From NCBI GenBank assembly GCA_047601445.1, contig JASGJH010000001.1:7296001-7360000 (forward strand): a stretch of DNA of 64,000 nt. The letters are read 5' to 3'. The notes beneath the pieces were generated by a model, which was given only the letters and a program-made list of their open reading frames with translations, did not search any database and was not told where the DNA came from. The position numbers and the translations under genes were made by a program. This stretch comes from Myxococcales bacterium (GTDB taxonomy: Bacteria; Myxococcota_A; Polyangia; Polyangiales; DASUME01). Below, piece by piece: positions 30,204 to 38,505 of this stretch (positions are counted from its first letter, which is position 1; the number at the start of each line of letters is the position of its first letter).

Positions 30204-30791
30204 TCAGTAATCCTGGCCGCCGCTGCAGAACTCGGCGCGGAATACGCCCTCCACGTGGCCGCCGTTCCCGTAGGTCGCGGACACCGTCCCGGCGACAGGG
30301 CCGTCCTTTTGGCCTTCCGTGAAGACCAGGTGGGTGGTCTTGGCCCCGACTTCGTAGGCGGAGGACTTGCCACCGGACGCGTAGTTGACCTCCGCATCGT
30401 CGTAGGCCTGTCCGACCTGAGGCGCACCGGAGATCACGATCTCCACGACTTGCGCCCCTTTGTCGAACGTACCCAGCCAGCGCGAGACCATCAGCTGATC
30501 GCACGTGAGCGCTGCGGATGTCAGGTAGACGAGGGTCTCTCCGCTGTTGGAGATCACCTTCGAAGAAACCGTGTCCACCACGGTGCCTAGCTGGCCCAGG
30601 CTGCCGGTCAGCTTCGTCGTGACGATTCCACCGTCTGGTACCTCTACTGCGTCACCGTCTCCCGCCGAGTCGCCGTCTCCCGCCGAATCGCCGTCTCCCG
30701 AACCTGCCTGATTTCCACCATCAGAGCCACAACCAACCAGCAGCGTGAGCGCAGCAGCTAAGCCACACAGAAAAGCATTCCTCATGTTCAC
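30204..30791 (-). CDS. Hypothetical lipoprotein
   Basis: Lipobox LVGC, GDGDSA repeats, C-terminal FRAEFC. Confidence 0.8.
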   Translation of the reverse strand: MNMRNAFLCGLAAALTLLVGCGSDGGNQAGSGDGDSAGDGDSAGDGDAVEVPDGGIVTTKLTGSLGQLGTVVDTVSSKVISNSGETLVYLTSAALTCDQLMVSRWLGTFDKGAQVVEIVISGAPQVGQAYDDAEVNYASGGKSSAYEVGAKTTHLVFTEGQKDGPVAGTVSATYGNGGHVEGVFRAEFCSGGQDY

Positions 30792-30940
30792 CCGGCACCC
30801 TTCCCAGTCTCAGGGTGCATTTCCCGGCCGGCCTCCCAGCCTTCAAAGAAATGGCCAGTCGGCTTGCTAAAATTTCGGAGCCGTTCTCGAAACTCGGAGC
30901 GCCACGAGGTGGGCCAGGCACGTCCGTCGACGAAGCAGAC

Positions 30941-32101
30941 TCAGGGGGCGAGCACGCGCTCCACATCGCGCGCGCGAAACCCCTTCGGGAAGCGCGCCAG
31001 GTATGCGTGGGCAGCGGCGCGCGCGTCGCTCGGACGCTCGAGTCGCAACAGGGCGATCACGCGCAAGTACGCCGCGTCCTCCGCATGAGGGTCGCGCGGA
31101 AAGCGCTCGAGAAACTGCTCCAGCAGCACAGCGCCGCGCCCGGCGTCTCCACCTTCGAGGCTACCTGCTGCCAGCGCAAAGGCCTCCGCCGCGCTGGGCA
31201 ACGCCTCCGCGGGTCCGGCGACGGATGCGGCCGGTGCTGCACGGGACGAGCGTGGGCGCGGCAACACGGGTGCGGGTTGCGGCAGGGTGTCATGCGGCTC
31301 GGCCAGCATGCTCCGCGGCTCCTCTGCGCTGAGCAGGACTGGCGCGGACTCGGTTCCCGGGCCGCCTGGTGCGTCTTGGCGCGCGCCCAGGTTCTCTGGC
31401 GAAGAGTCCCCTTGGTAAGGACGATAGGTCTGCATCGCGCGGACCTCCTGCGGCGGGCGGCCGTTGAGTCGGACGACGACGCGTCCCTCGAACACCTCGA
31501 CTGAGCGCGTCTGACCGCCTTCGACGTGGACCGCGAACGCGGTTCCGATGTCTTCAATTTCGCCGTCGGGTGTTTGCAAGACCAGCGCAAGGTCCCCGGG
31601 GCGGCGGCGGACGCGCAACGAGATCCGCCCTTGCCGGACCGTGATGACCTCGCGGGTTGCCTCGACCCGCCGCTCGTAGTGCACGCCTTGATCGGGGGTC
31701 AGCACGACGACGGCGCGCTCGGACGGTTTGGACACCACGTCGCCGCGTTGTGCCGCGGGCTCCGGCACGGGGCGAAGCCACCATAGGAGGACAGCGGCGG
31801 CGAGCGCGACAGGTAGCGGCCAGATCGCGCGAACCGGGCGAACCTGGGCAGGTTGCTCGGCGGCGACGTGTTCGGCGTGCGCGCGCGCCAACAGCTCCTG
31901 GCGGCGGCGGCGCAGACCGAGCTCGTCGGGTTCAGCGATGGGGAGGTCCCGCAAGCTCTGGCCAAGAGCTTTGAGCGCTTGACGTTCTGCGATGCAGTCC
32001 GCGCACGTCGTCAGATGACGGCCGAGGCTCTCGCGTTCCTCCTGCGTCAGTCGGCCGTCGCGTTCGGCCTCGACCTCCCAGACCCGCCGGCAGCGCGTCA
32101 T
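30941..32101 (-). CDS. Anti-sigma factor: ZAS, TM, FecR-like and TPR regions
   Basis: HLTTCADC (HxxxCxxC), TM, TPDGEIEDIGTAFAV..VFEGRV, EDAAYLR..YLARFPKGFR. Confidence 0.85.
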   Translation of the reverse strand: MTRCRRVWEVEAERDGRLTQEERESLGRHLTTCADCIAERQALKALGQSLRDLPIAEPDELGLRRRRQELLARAHAEHVAAEQPAQVRPVRAIWPLPVALAAAVLLWWLRPVPEPAAQRGDVVSKPSERAVVVLTPDQGVHYERRVEATREVITVRQGRISLRVRRRPGDLALVLQTPDGEIEDIGTAFAVHVEGGQTRSVEVFEGRVVVRLNGRPPQEVRAMQTYRPYQGDSSPENLGARQDAPGGPGTESAPVLLSAEEPRSMLAEPHDTLPQPAPVLPRPRSSRAAPAASVAGPAEALPSAAEAFALAAGSLEGGDAGRGAVLLEQFLERFPRDPHAEDAAYLRVIALLRLERPSDARAAAHAYLARFPKGFRARDVERVLAP

Positions 32102-32679
32102 AGGGGCCTCCGTTCCAGACGTTTTCGAAGCTCGCGCCGTGCGTGATGAAGACGCGTCCAGACCGTACCCACCGGGATCCCCAGCGAGCTAGCGATCTGT
32201 TCGCAGCCGAAGCCCTCGACCTCGGCCAAGAGCAGCACCATCCGCTTTTCAGCGGTCAACTTGCCGAGCGCGTGCTCGAGCTCGTCGCGGAGTGGATGTC
32301 CAAGGATGGTTTCGAGCGGGGACGCCGTGGGCTCGGGTGCGTGGTGGAGAAAGCGACCCAGAAAGCGCGACACACGGCCGAGCGCGCGCTCGCGATGCAT
32401 GAGCAAGCGCGCAGTGATCCCGAATAGCCAGGAGCGACATGAGCTTCGAGCGTCGAACGTGCCGGCCACCCGGGCCGCGGTGAGGAAGGTCTCTTGAGCG
32501 ATGTCTTCGGCGTCGGCTGCGTCACGCGTGACTCGTCGCGAGAAGGCGAGCACCTTGAGGTAGTGGCGGTCGTAGATGATCCCAAGGGCGCCGAGCTCCC
32601 CGCGTGCGACGCGCGCGAGCGCCTCGGCGTCGGTTTCCTCGCTGGGTTGAGACGGGGCGCGCAGGAATGGTTCGGTCAT
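32098..32679 (-). CDS. ECF sigma factor
   Basis: DAEDIAQETF, SWLFGI, IPVGTVWTRLHHARR; ATGA overlaps on both sides. Confidence 0.93.
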   Translation of the reverse strand: MTEPFLRAPSQPSEETDAEALARVARGELGALGIIYDRHYLKVLAFSRRVTRDAADAEDIAQETFLTAARVAGTFDARSSCRSWLFGITARLLMHRERALGRVSRFLGRFLHHAPEPTASPLETILGHPLRDELEHALGKLTAEKRMVLLLAEVEGFGCEQIASSLGIPVGTVWTRLHHARRELRKRLERRPL

Positions 32680-33683
32680 CGGGCGCTCCAAGCGGCGCCC
32701 AAGGCAAGTGTTCCGCCCCAGGCGGGGAGGGGAGGTAGCTCGGGATCGCGCTGGACGGTGTGGGTTACCCGACGCGGGTTGAGTTCTGCCGCGAGCAGCG
32801 CGAAGAAGGTGGGATGAGGCCAGCGGTGACGCGGACCGAGTAGTCTCAGTGCGGCGGAGATCGTCATGTCGCTGAACGCCCCCCCAACCTCACCCACACC
32901 GTGGGTACTCCGGGCTTCCTGATTCTCGATGACCAGATTGGGACCCGCGACCGCGTCGACGGCCCAGCCTCGAACGGAGAAACGGTAGCCTGCAAAGGCG
33001 CCGAGCAGGAACGATGACATATCGAAATCCGGCGGTATCGGGTCGTCGTCCACGAAGCGGTCCTGGAAATCCCAACGTGACCAGATTCCTAACACCCAGG
33101 AGTCCACGAGCACGTCGACATGGGCCGCTAGCCCGTAACCTAGATAGCGTGGGGTCCCTGCGAAATGAAGGCTCGGTGCGACCCCAAACTCCAGTACGAC
33201 CATGGGAGGGGGCAGCAGGCGCGGCTCGGGGGGCATCGCCGGGAGTGGCGGCGAGGGTGGCGGCGCAGCGGGAGCCACAGGCATCTGCGACGGCTGCTCC
33301 GGGAGTGGGGTGAGCAGCGCCTCCACGGTCGGAAGCAGAACCTCTGGTGTTTCTGCGGGACGGGTCACAGAACGCCCGTCGCCGAGCGTCACTTGCACGT
33401 GCATGTGGCCGGGAGCGCCTAGCAATTGCACAACGGTGCAGTCCGCGTCTGCGCCAAAGGTGTGGAGTCGGGTTTGGAGCTGAGCGGCGGCGTCGGCCCA
33501 GACCTGATCGAGCGTCGCGTCGACGACGAGCCGCACCCCTTCGCAGGCGCGTGAATCTGCGCGGAGCCGCTCCACCCCTCCCAACAGGGCGAGACAACAC
33601 GACAGCATCTGCGCCAGGGCCGACCTCCAACGAAACTGCACGCTCTCCGGAGTTCCTTTCCCGGCTGCCCCTGTTTCCTTCAC
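32676..33683 (-). CDS. ECF-associated exported protein, putative beta-barrel; start uncertain
   Basis: N-terminal domain, Pro-rich linker, amphipathic strands; paralog of 33788..34774. Confidence 0.7.
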   Translation of the reverse strand: MKETGAAGKGTPESVQFRWRSALAQMLSCCLALLGGVERLRADSRACEGVRLVVDATLDQVWADAAAQLQTRLHTFGADADCTVVQLLGAPGHMHVQVTLGDGRSVTRPAETPEVLLPTVEALLTPLPEQPSQMPVAPAAPPPSPPLPAMPPEPRLLPPPMVVLEFGVAPSLHFAGTPRYLGYGLAAHVDVLVDSWVLGIWSRWDFQDRFVDDDPIPPDFDMSSFLLGAFAGYRFSVRGWAVDAVAGPNLVIENQEARSTHGVGEVGGAFSDMTISAALRLLGPRHRWPHPTFFALLAAELNPRRVTHTVQRDPELPPLPAWGGTLALGAAWSAR

Positions 33684-33787
33684 GCCGAATCCAAGATTCG
33701 ACCGCTGACATTTTGTCGTGAAGGGAAAGCACCGCTTCGGTCAATCCCCACAAGCGATGTTGATGACAGTGCCACGAAACGGCCGCA

Positions 33788-34774
33788 GTGGGATGCGGTG
33801 TGATAGGGCCTGAGGCTCGGTCATGGACCCCCTTGGGGGTGACCCTCATGGGTACCTGCGCGGGCGTGGCTGCAGCCGTGCCTGCGTACGGCCTTGCCCA
33901 GGCGAGTCCGTGGGGCTCGGCCTGCGCCAATGCGCGGCTCGAAGTGGTCAACTCGCTGCCTTCGCCATGGCTTGCACCCGTGGTCGAGGTCTGTGAGCGC
34001 CTCGAGACGATGAAGGACGTCGACCCGTCGGCGCACCTGCGGATCGTGCGCTCGGGCGAGCAGGTGGTGGTGGAGGTGTCGCTCCTCGATGGCCGCTCGG
34101 CGCTGCGGCGCGTCCGGCGGCCCGAGGACCTGCAGGCGACGGTCGAGGCCTTGGTGGTGGTGCCACCAGACCCTCCTCAAGCGGTGGTGCGGCCGGTGCC
34201 GGTCGCGGAAGAGGTCCTTCCGAAGGATCGCCCGGCTCGCGAGCCTCCTCGGGCCGCAGGCCATGCTGCCGCGACACCGATCGAGCTGGGTGTGTCGGCG
34301 ATGGGCCGCCTCGCCGGAACGCCGATCTACCTGTCTGCTGCGCTCGCTGGCTACGGAGGCGTGCGGGTCGATCGCTGGCTGCTGGCCATGTCTGCCCGAT
34401 GGGAGGGCTTCCAAACCCTGTTGCACGATGCGCCTCCGCTGTTGGAGATGAGCACTGTGGGCGGCGGCTTTCTGGTCTTGCGGAGACTGGTGGACCGAGC
34501 CCACAGCGCGTTGGAACTCGGCGGCACGAGCCACGTCCTGGGCACGTTTCAGAGCGCGCAAAATGGTTCAGAGCATAGCCGCTCCAACGTGGACGTTCGC
34601 GTCGGGACAGTGATGCGGCTGCGCGGTGTGGATGCGTCGAGCTGGTGGTTGGCGCTCGATGCGGAATGTTCACCGTGGCGCTCGACGCACCCCATGCACT
34701 CGTACGCCTCGCTTCCCGCTCTGCCGAGCTGGAGCCTCGGCCTGGCCGTCGGCGTGGTCTGGGAGGCGCGATGA
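33788..34774 (+). CDS. ECF-associated exported protein, putative beta-barrel; start uncertain
   Basis: Shares DGRS, TVEAL, AGTPxYL and LPxW..LA.G..W.AR with 32676..33683. Confidence 0.7.
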   Translation: MGCGVIGPEARSWTPLGVTLMGTCAGVAAAVPAYGLAQASPWGSACANARLEVVNSLPSPWLAPVVEVCERLETMKDVDPSAHLRIVRSGEQVVVEVSLLDGRSALRRVRRPEDLQATVEALVVVPPDPPQAVVRPVPVAEEVLPKDRPAREPPRAAGHAAATPIELGVSAMGRLAGTPIYLSAALAGYGGVRVDRWLLAMSARWEGFQTLLHDAPPLLEMSTVGGGFLVLRRLVDRAHSALELGGTSHVLGTFQSAQNGSEHSRSNVDVRVGTVMRLRGVDASSWWLALDAECSPWRSTHPMHSYASLPALPSWSLGLAVGVVWEAR

Positions 34775-35337
34775 CGCAGCGCAAACTGCGACTCATCCCG
34801 AGCAGTCCACCGTGGGAGACCGACGATGTCGAGGTTCTCAAGCGGGTGGCCGCCAGCGACATGCACGCACTGGGTGTCCTCTACGATCGCTACGCACCGA
34901 TGCTGCTGCGCTTTGCCCGCCGGTTGGGCGGGCGTGAGGATGCCGAAGACATGGTGCAAAGCGTGTTCTTGCGCGTGGTCAAACGTGCCAAGAGCTTCAA
35001 CCCGGGTGCGATCTCGGCGCGTCCATGGCTGTTCGCGATCGCAGTGCACGTCGCGCAGGAGCGGCGGCGCTCGCTGCGACGTTTTGCGACCGCTCTGAGC
35101 GCAGTGACCTCCCATGCCAGCACCACCGAAGCCGAACGGATGGGCGAGCGCTCCGAACTCGAGCGCTGCCTCGCGGCGCTCTCCCTGCAGAAGCGGACCG
35201 TGCTCTTGCTGTTCGAGGTCGAGGGGTTCGACGGCGAGGAGATTGCTCGGATGCTCTCGATCCCTGTCGGGACCGTCTGGACACGCTTGCATCACGCGCG
35301 CCGCGACATGCGCGATCTATGGGGAGACCGATCATGA
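34771..35337 (+). CDS. ECF sigma factor
   Basis: DAEDMVQSVF, PWLFAI, IPVGTVWTRLHHARR. Confidence 0.93.
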   Translation: MTQRKLRLIPSSPPWETDDVEVLKRVAASDMHALGVLYDRYAPMLLRFARRLGGREDAEDMVQSVFLRVVKRAKSFNPGAISARPWLFAIAVHVAQERRRSLRRFATALSAVTSHASTTEAERMGERSELERCLAALSLQKRTVLLLFEVEGFDGEEIARMLSIPVGTVWTRLHHARRDMRDLWGDRS

Positions 35338-36371
35338 GCGTGATACGTTGTCCGCACCCCGAACTAGTCGAGGCCCTTCACAACGGGTTGCTCTCGCCAC
35401 CGGCTCGCGAGCAACTCCTGCTCCACCTTCACGAATGTGAGGCGTGCATGCGTGAGCGGGATTGGTTTCGTTCCCTGGCGAGGCAACTGGCCGAGGTCGC
35501 ACCAGAGGCAAACGACACGGAGGTCTTGGCGCGGCTCAAACGCACCACCCTGCGTGCGGCGCGCTCGTCGCAAGCGGCGTCCAAGGCGACTTGGCTACCC
35601 GCCTGCGCGGCCGTCTTGGTCGCCGTCGCGGTCGTGTCCGCGTGGCTGGGTTGGCCCGACGCGTCGACACCCGCACGAACCTCTGCCCACGTCTTGGCCG
35701 GACCGGACGCGCGTTGGCACCGCAGCCTCAAAGATACGGAGGAGCGCATCCTTCTTCTGGAGGGCACCTTGCAGATTGACATCCAACGTCATGCCGCGGC
35801 GCCGCCTGTGTTGGTCGAGGTCCCCGACGGAGTGATCGAAGATCTCGGTACGCACTTCAGCGTCACCGTGCACCAAGGTCGCACGCGCCGGATCGCGCTG
35901 TTTGAGGGAACAGTGGTTTTTCATCGCTACGGCGAAGCGAGCGTGCGGCTCGAGCGAGGTGCGCTGTGGGACGCCCCCGAGCCCCCTCCCGCCCCGCGCC
36001 TACGATCGCCGCCGGCTCGTAGCCTCGAACCGACTGCTCCTCGGCTCGAACTACGCCGGGCTCCACGGTCTATCGAGCCGCCGACGAACGGGCGGGCCGG
36101 CGCAGAGGCCGATGATGAGGATGCCGCCTACCTGCGCTTCGTGACGCACCTGCAGGCCGGTCAACTCGGAGAGGCGAGACAGGCAGCGCGTGCGTACCTG
36201 GCCGCCTTTCCCCATGGCTTCCGCCGCGTCGAAGTCGATGCAGCAGTCCGCGAAATGTCCGCGTCCGAGAATCGCAGGCCTGAGAGCAGACCGCCTGAAG
36301 GTTTGGCTCCGATGCGGCCAAGACCTCGAGAACCGGGGCAAGCCCCCGCTCATCCAGAGGAGCATCCATGA
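35334..36371 (+). CDS. Anti-sigma factor: ZAS, TM, FecR-like and short TPR regions
   Basis: HLHECEAC, TM, PDGVIEDLGTHFSV..LFEGTV, EDAAYLR..YLAAFPHGFR. Confidence 0.85.
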   Translation: MSVIRCPHPELVEALHNGLLSPPAREQLLLHLHECEACMRERDWFRSLARQLAEVAPEANDTEVLARLKRTTLRAARSSQAASKATWLPACAAVLVAVAVVSAWLGWPDASTPARTSAHVLAGPDARWHRSLKDTEERILLLEGTLQIDIQRHAAAPPVLVEVPDGVIEDLGTHFSVTVHQGRTRRIALFEGTVVFHRYGEASVRLERGALWDAPEPPPAPRLRSPPARSLEPTAPRLELRRAPRSIEPPTNGRAGAEADDEDAAYLRFVTHLQAGQLGEARQAARAYLAAFPHGFRRVEVDAAVREMSASENRRPESRPPEGLAPMRPRPREPGQAPAHPEEHP

Positions 36372-37144
36372 AGCGACTTATCGTCCTGACCGCCATCTCA
36401 ACGTGGCTCGGCTGCAGCAGCCAGAGCGAGTCCAAGGCGCCCATCACATCGTCGACCCTAGAGGGGCTCTTGGCGATGGACTCTTTCACGAGCGCCCCGC
36501 GCAGCGTGGATGCAGTCGATGAGAAGAACCAGCACCTGAGCAGCCCGGTGGCGAGCTCCGGCGCGTTCCGCTTGTCGCTGGTCAAGGGGCATCACTACCG
36601 TCTGACCGTGATCACTGCCAACGGCTCCGAACCCATGGTGTTCCCACGTGCAGGAAAGTTCGAAACCGGATTCGACGTCACGGGGGGAGCCGCCCTGGTG
36701 TCGCTCGGCACCGTCCGTCACTTCGACAGAGCCCCAGCGGGCGGATTCGGTAGCAGCAGCGTGACCAAGTCTGCCGAATCCTCCGAAGCTCCGGGGAAGG
36801 AGTGCGAGGACGGCGTACTGCAGGGGTCGGGCGAGGCGTGCGTCGACGAGGACGGACAGCTCAGCTGCGAAGAAAACCACGACGCCGCCGGCGATGGCGA
36901 GTGCCAGGACGGCAAGGATGTCACCACCGGCGCCGCTTGCACCGACGATGACCAGGTCGGAGAGACACCCGATGATCAGGCCGATGGCGAGTGTGAGAAC
37001 GGCAAGGACGTTACCACCGGTGCAACTTGCGTGGACGATGAACTCGCCGACCCGAACCAGCCGATGGCGGTCCCAGCCCACAATGTTCCCCTGCAGGTCG
37101 GAGGCTGCAGCGAAGAAGACCACGACGGCGAGGAGAAAGACTGA
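36368..37144 (+). CDS. Lipoprotein with acidic Cys-containing repeats
   Basis: Lipobox WLGC; DGEC(Q/E)(D/N)GKDVTTGAxC twice plus a degenerate third copy. Confidence 0.8.
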   Translation: MKRLIVLTAISTWLGCSSQSESKAPITSSTLEGLLAMDSFTSAPRSVDAVDEKNQHLSSPVASSGAFRLSLVKGHHYRLTVITANGSEPMVFPRAGKFETGFDVTGGAALVSLGTVRHFDRAPAGGFGSSSVTKSAESSEAPGKECEDGVLQGSGEACVDEDGQLSCEENHDAAGDGECQDGKDVTTGAACTDDDQVGETPDDQADGECENGKDVTTGATCVDDELADPNQPMAVPAHNVPLQVGGCSEEDHDGEEKD

Positions 37145-37326
37145 CCACGCGCCCAGGGCCCTGCGGGCGATCGACTTGTGACACCGACTGAATGATCGAA
37201 TCGATGAAGGAACGACGCTCATTCGGGAGAATAGGCTCGTAGTCCTGGGCGAACGCACTCACCCGGGACCCACTTGGACCGACTGGTTCAGCTTTCATTC
37301 GGGTGCACGAGCTATCTGATAGGCCT

Positions 37327-38427
37327 ATGACGAGCCCTCAATCTGTCACCCCAAGCTTGCTTGAACGCGCTCTGCACAAACTGCAGCAGTCGCTGCTGTG
37401 GCTGTTGCTCAGCTCCTACGCGCTTGGGGCACTTTGGCCGGGGCCGGGTACGAGCCTCCGGAAGCTCGGCGTCGGTGAACTACGGGTAGGTTCCCAGACG
37501 CTCGGGCTCTCAGCCCCGATGCTCATGCTCGCTTTTCTGCTCTTCAACGCCGGGCTGGGCGCGCGCGTCGAGGAGCTCCGTCATCTGATCAAGAAGCCCG
37601 CGATGGCGATGGTCGGCTTGCTGGCCAACACGGCCCTTCCGGTCCTGTACGCCTTTGCCATCGTGTCCCTGATGCGGCCGTGGCCTGAGGTCGACGAGAC
37701 CCAAAACATTCTGGTCGGGCTGGCGCTAATCGGGGCCATGCCCATCGCAGGCGCTTCCACAGCCTGGGCGCAGAACGCACAAGGAAACCTGGCGCTGAGC
37801 CTGGGGCTCGTTCTGGCCTCAACAGTGCTGAGTCCGATTCTCACGCCGGTGGTACTCAATGCGCTCTCCAGCGTTGCCACGGGTGAGTATGCCGACGCCA
37901 TGCGCCTCCTGGCCGAATCAGGTACCCAGCTATTTTTGGCGGTGTCGGTGGCGGTGCCATCTTTCCTGGGGTTGGCGGTGCGCAGAGTATTGCCACCCGC
38001 CGTAGTGCAGCGGGTCATGCCGACCCTCAAGCTCCTCAATCTGCTGGTACTGCTCAGCCTGAACTACAGCAATGCGGCGCTCGCGTTGCCGGGGGTGTTG
38101 CGAGAGCCGGACTACGACTTCCTCGCCATTGTGGCGATCGTCGTGGCTCTACTGTGCGGACTGGCCTTCGCCACCGGGGCGCGCCTGGCGCGACTTTTCC
38201 ACGGCACGGAAGCGGACGTGACGTCGCTGATGTTCGGGCTGGGAATGAACAACAACGGCACGGGCCTGGTGCTGGCATCCACCGCCCTCTCCGCATACCC
38301 CGCGGTGACGATCCCGATCCTGATGTACAACCTGGTTCAGCAAGTGGCCGCGGGCCTGGTCGATGCCTACGCGCGCCGCCGGCGGACCTTTGCGGTCACC
38401 GAGGCATCGCCAGCTCGTACCGCGTAG
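37327..38427 (+). CDS. Bile acid:sodium symporter family transporter
   Basis: Multi-TM; AMPIAGAS, GNLALSLGL, GMNNNGTG, YNLVQQ. Confidence 0.88.
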   Translation: MTSPQSVTPSLLERALHKLQQSLLWLLLSSYALGALWPGPGTSLRKLGVGELRVGSQTLGLSAPMLMLAFLLFNAGLGARVEELRHLIKKPAMAMVGLLANTALPVLYAFAIVSLMRPWPEVDETQNILVGLALIGAMPIAGASTAWAQNAQGNLALSLGLVLASTVLSPILTPVVLNALSSVATGEYADAMRLLAESGTQLFLAVSVAVPSFLGLAVRRVLPPAVVQRVMPTLKLLNLLVLLSLNYSNAALALPGVLREPDYDFLAIVAIVVALLCGLAFATGARLARLFHGTEADVTSLMFGLGMNNNGTGLVLASTALSAYPAVTIPILMYNLVQQVAAGLVDAYARRRRTFAVTEASPARTA

Positions 38428-38505
38428 ATATCGACGAAAACAGGCCCTGAAGCACCGGAACGATTTGAAAGGGAGGCTCCGATGCGCGCCAGCAACGCGG
38501 CGCTC

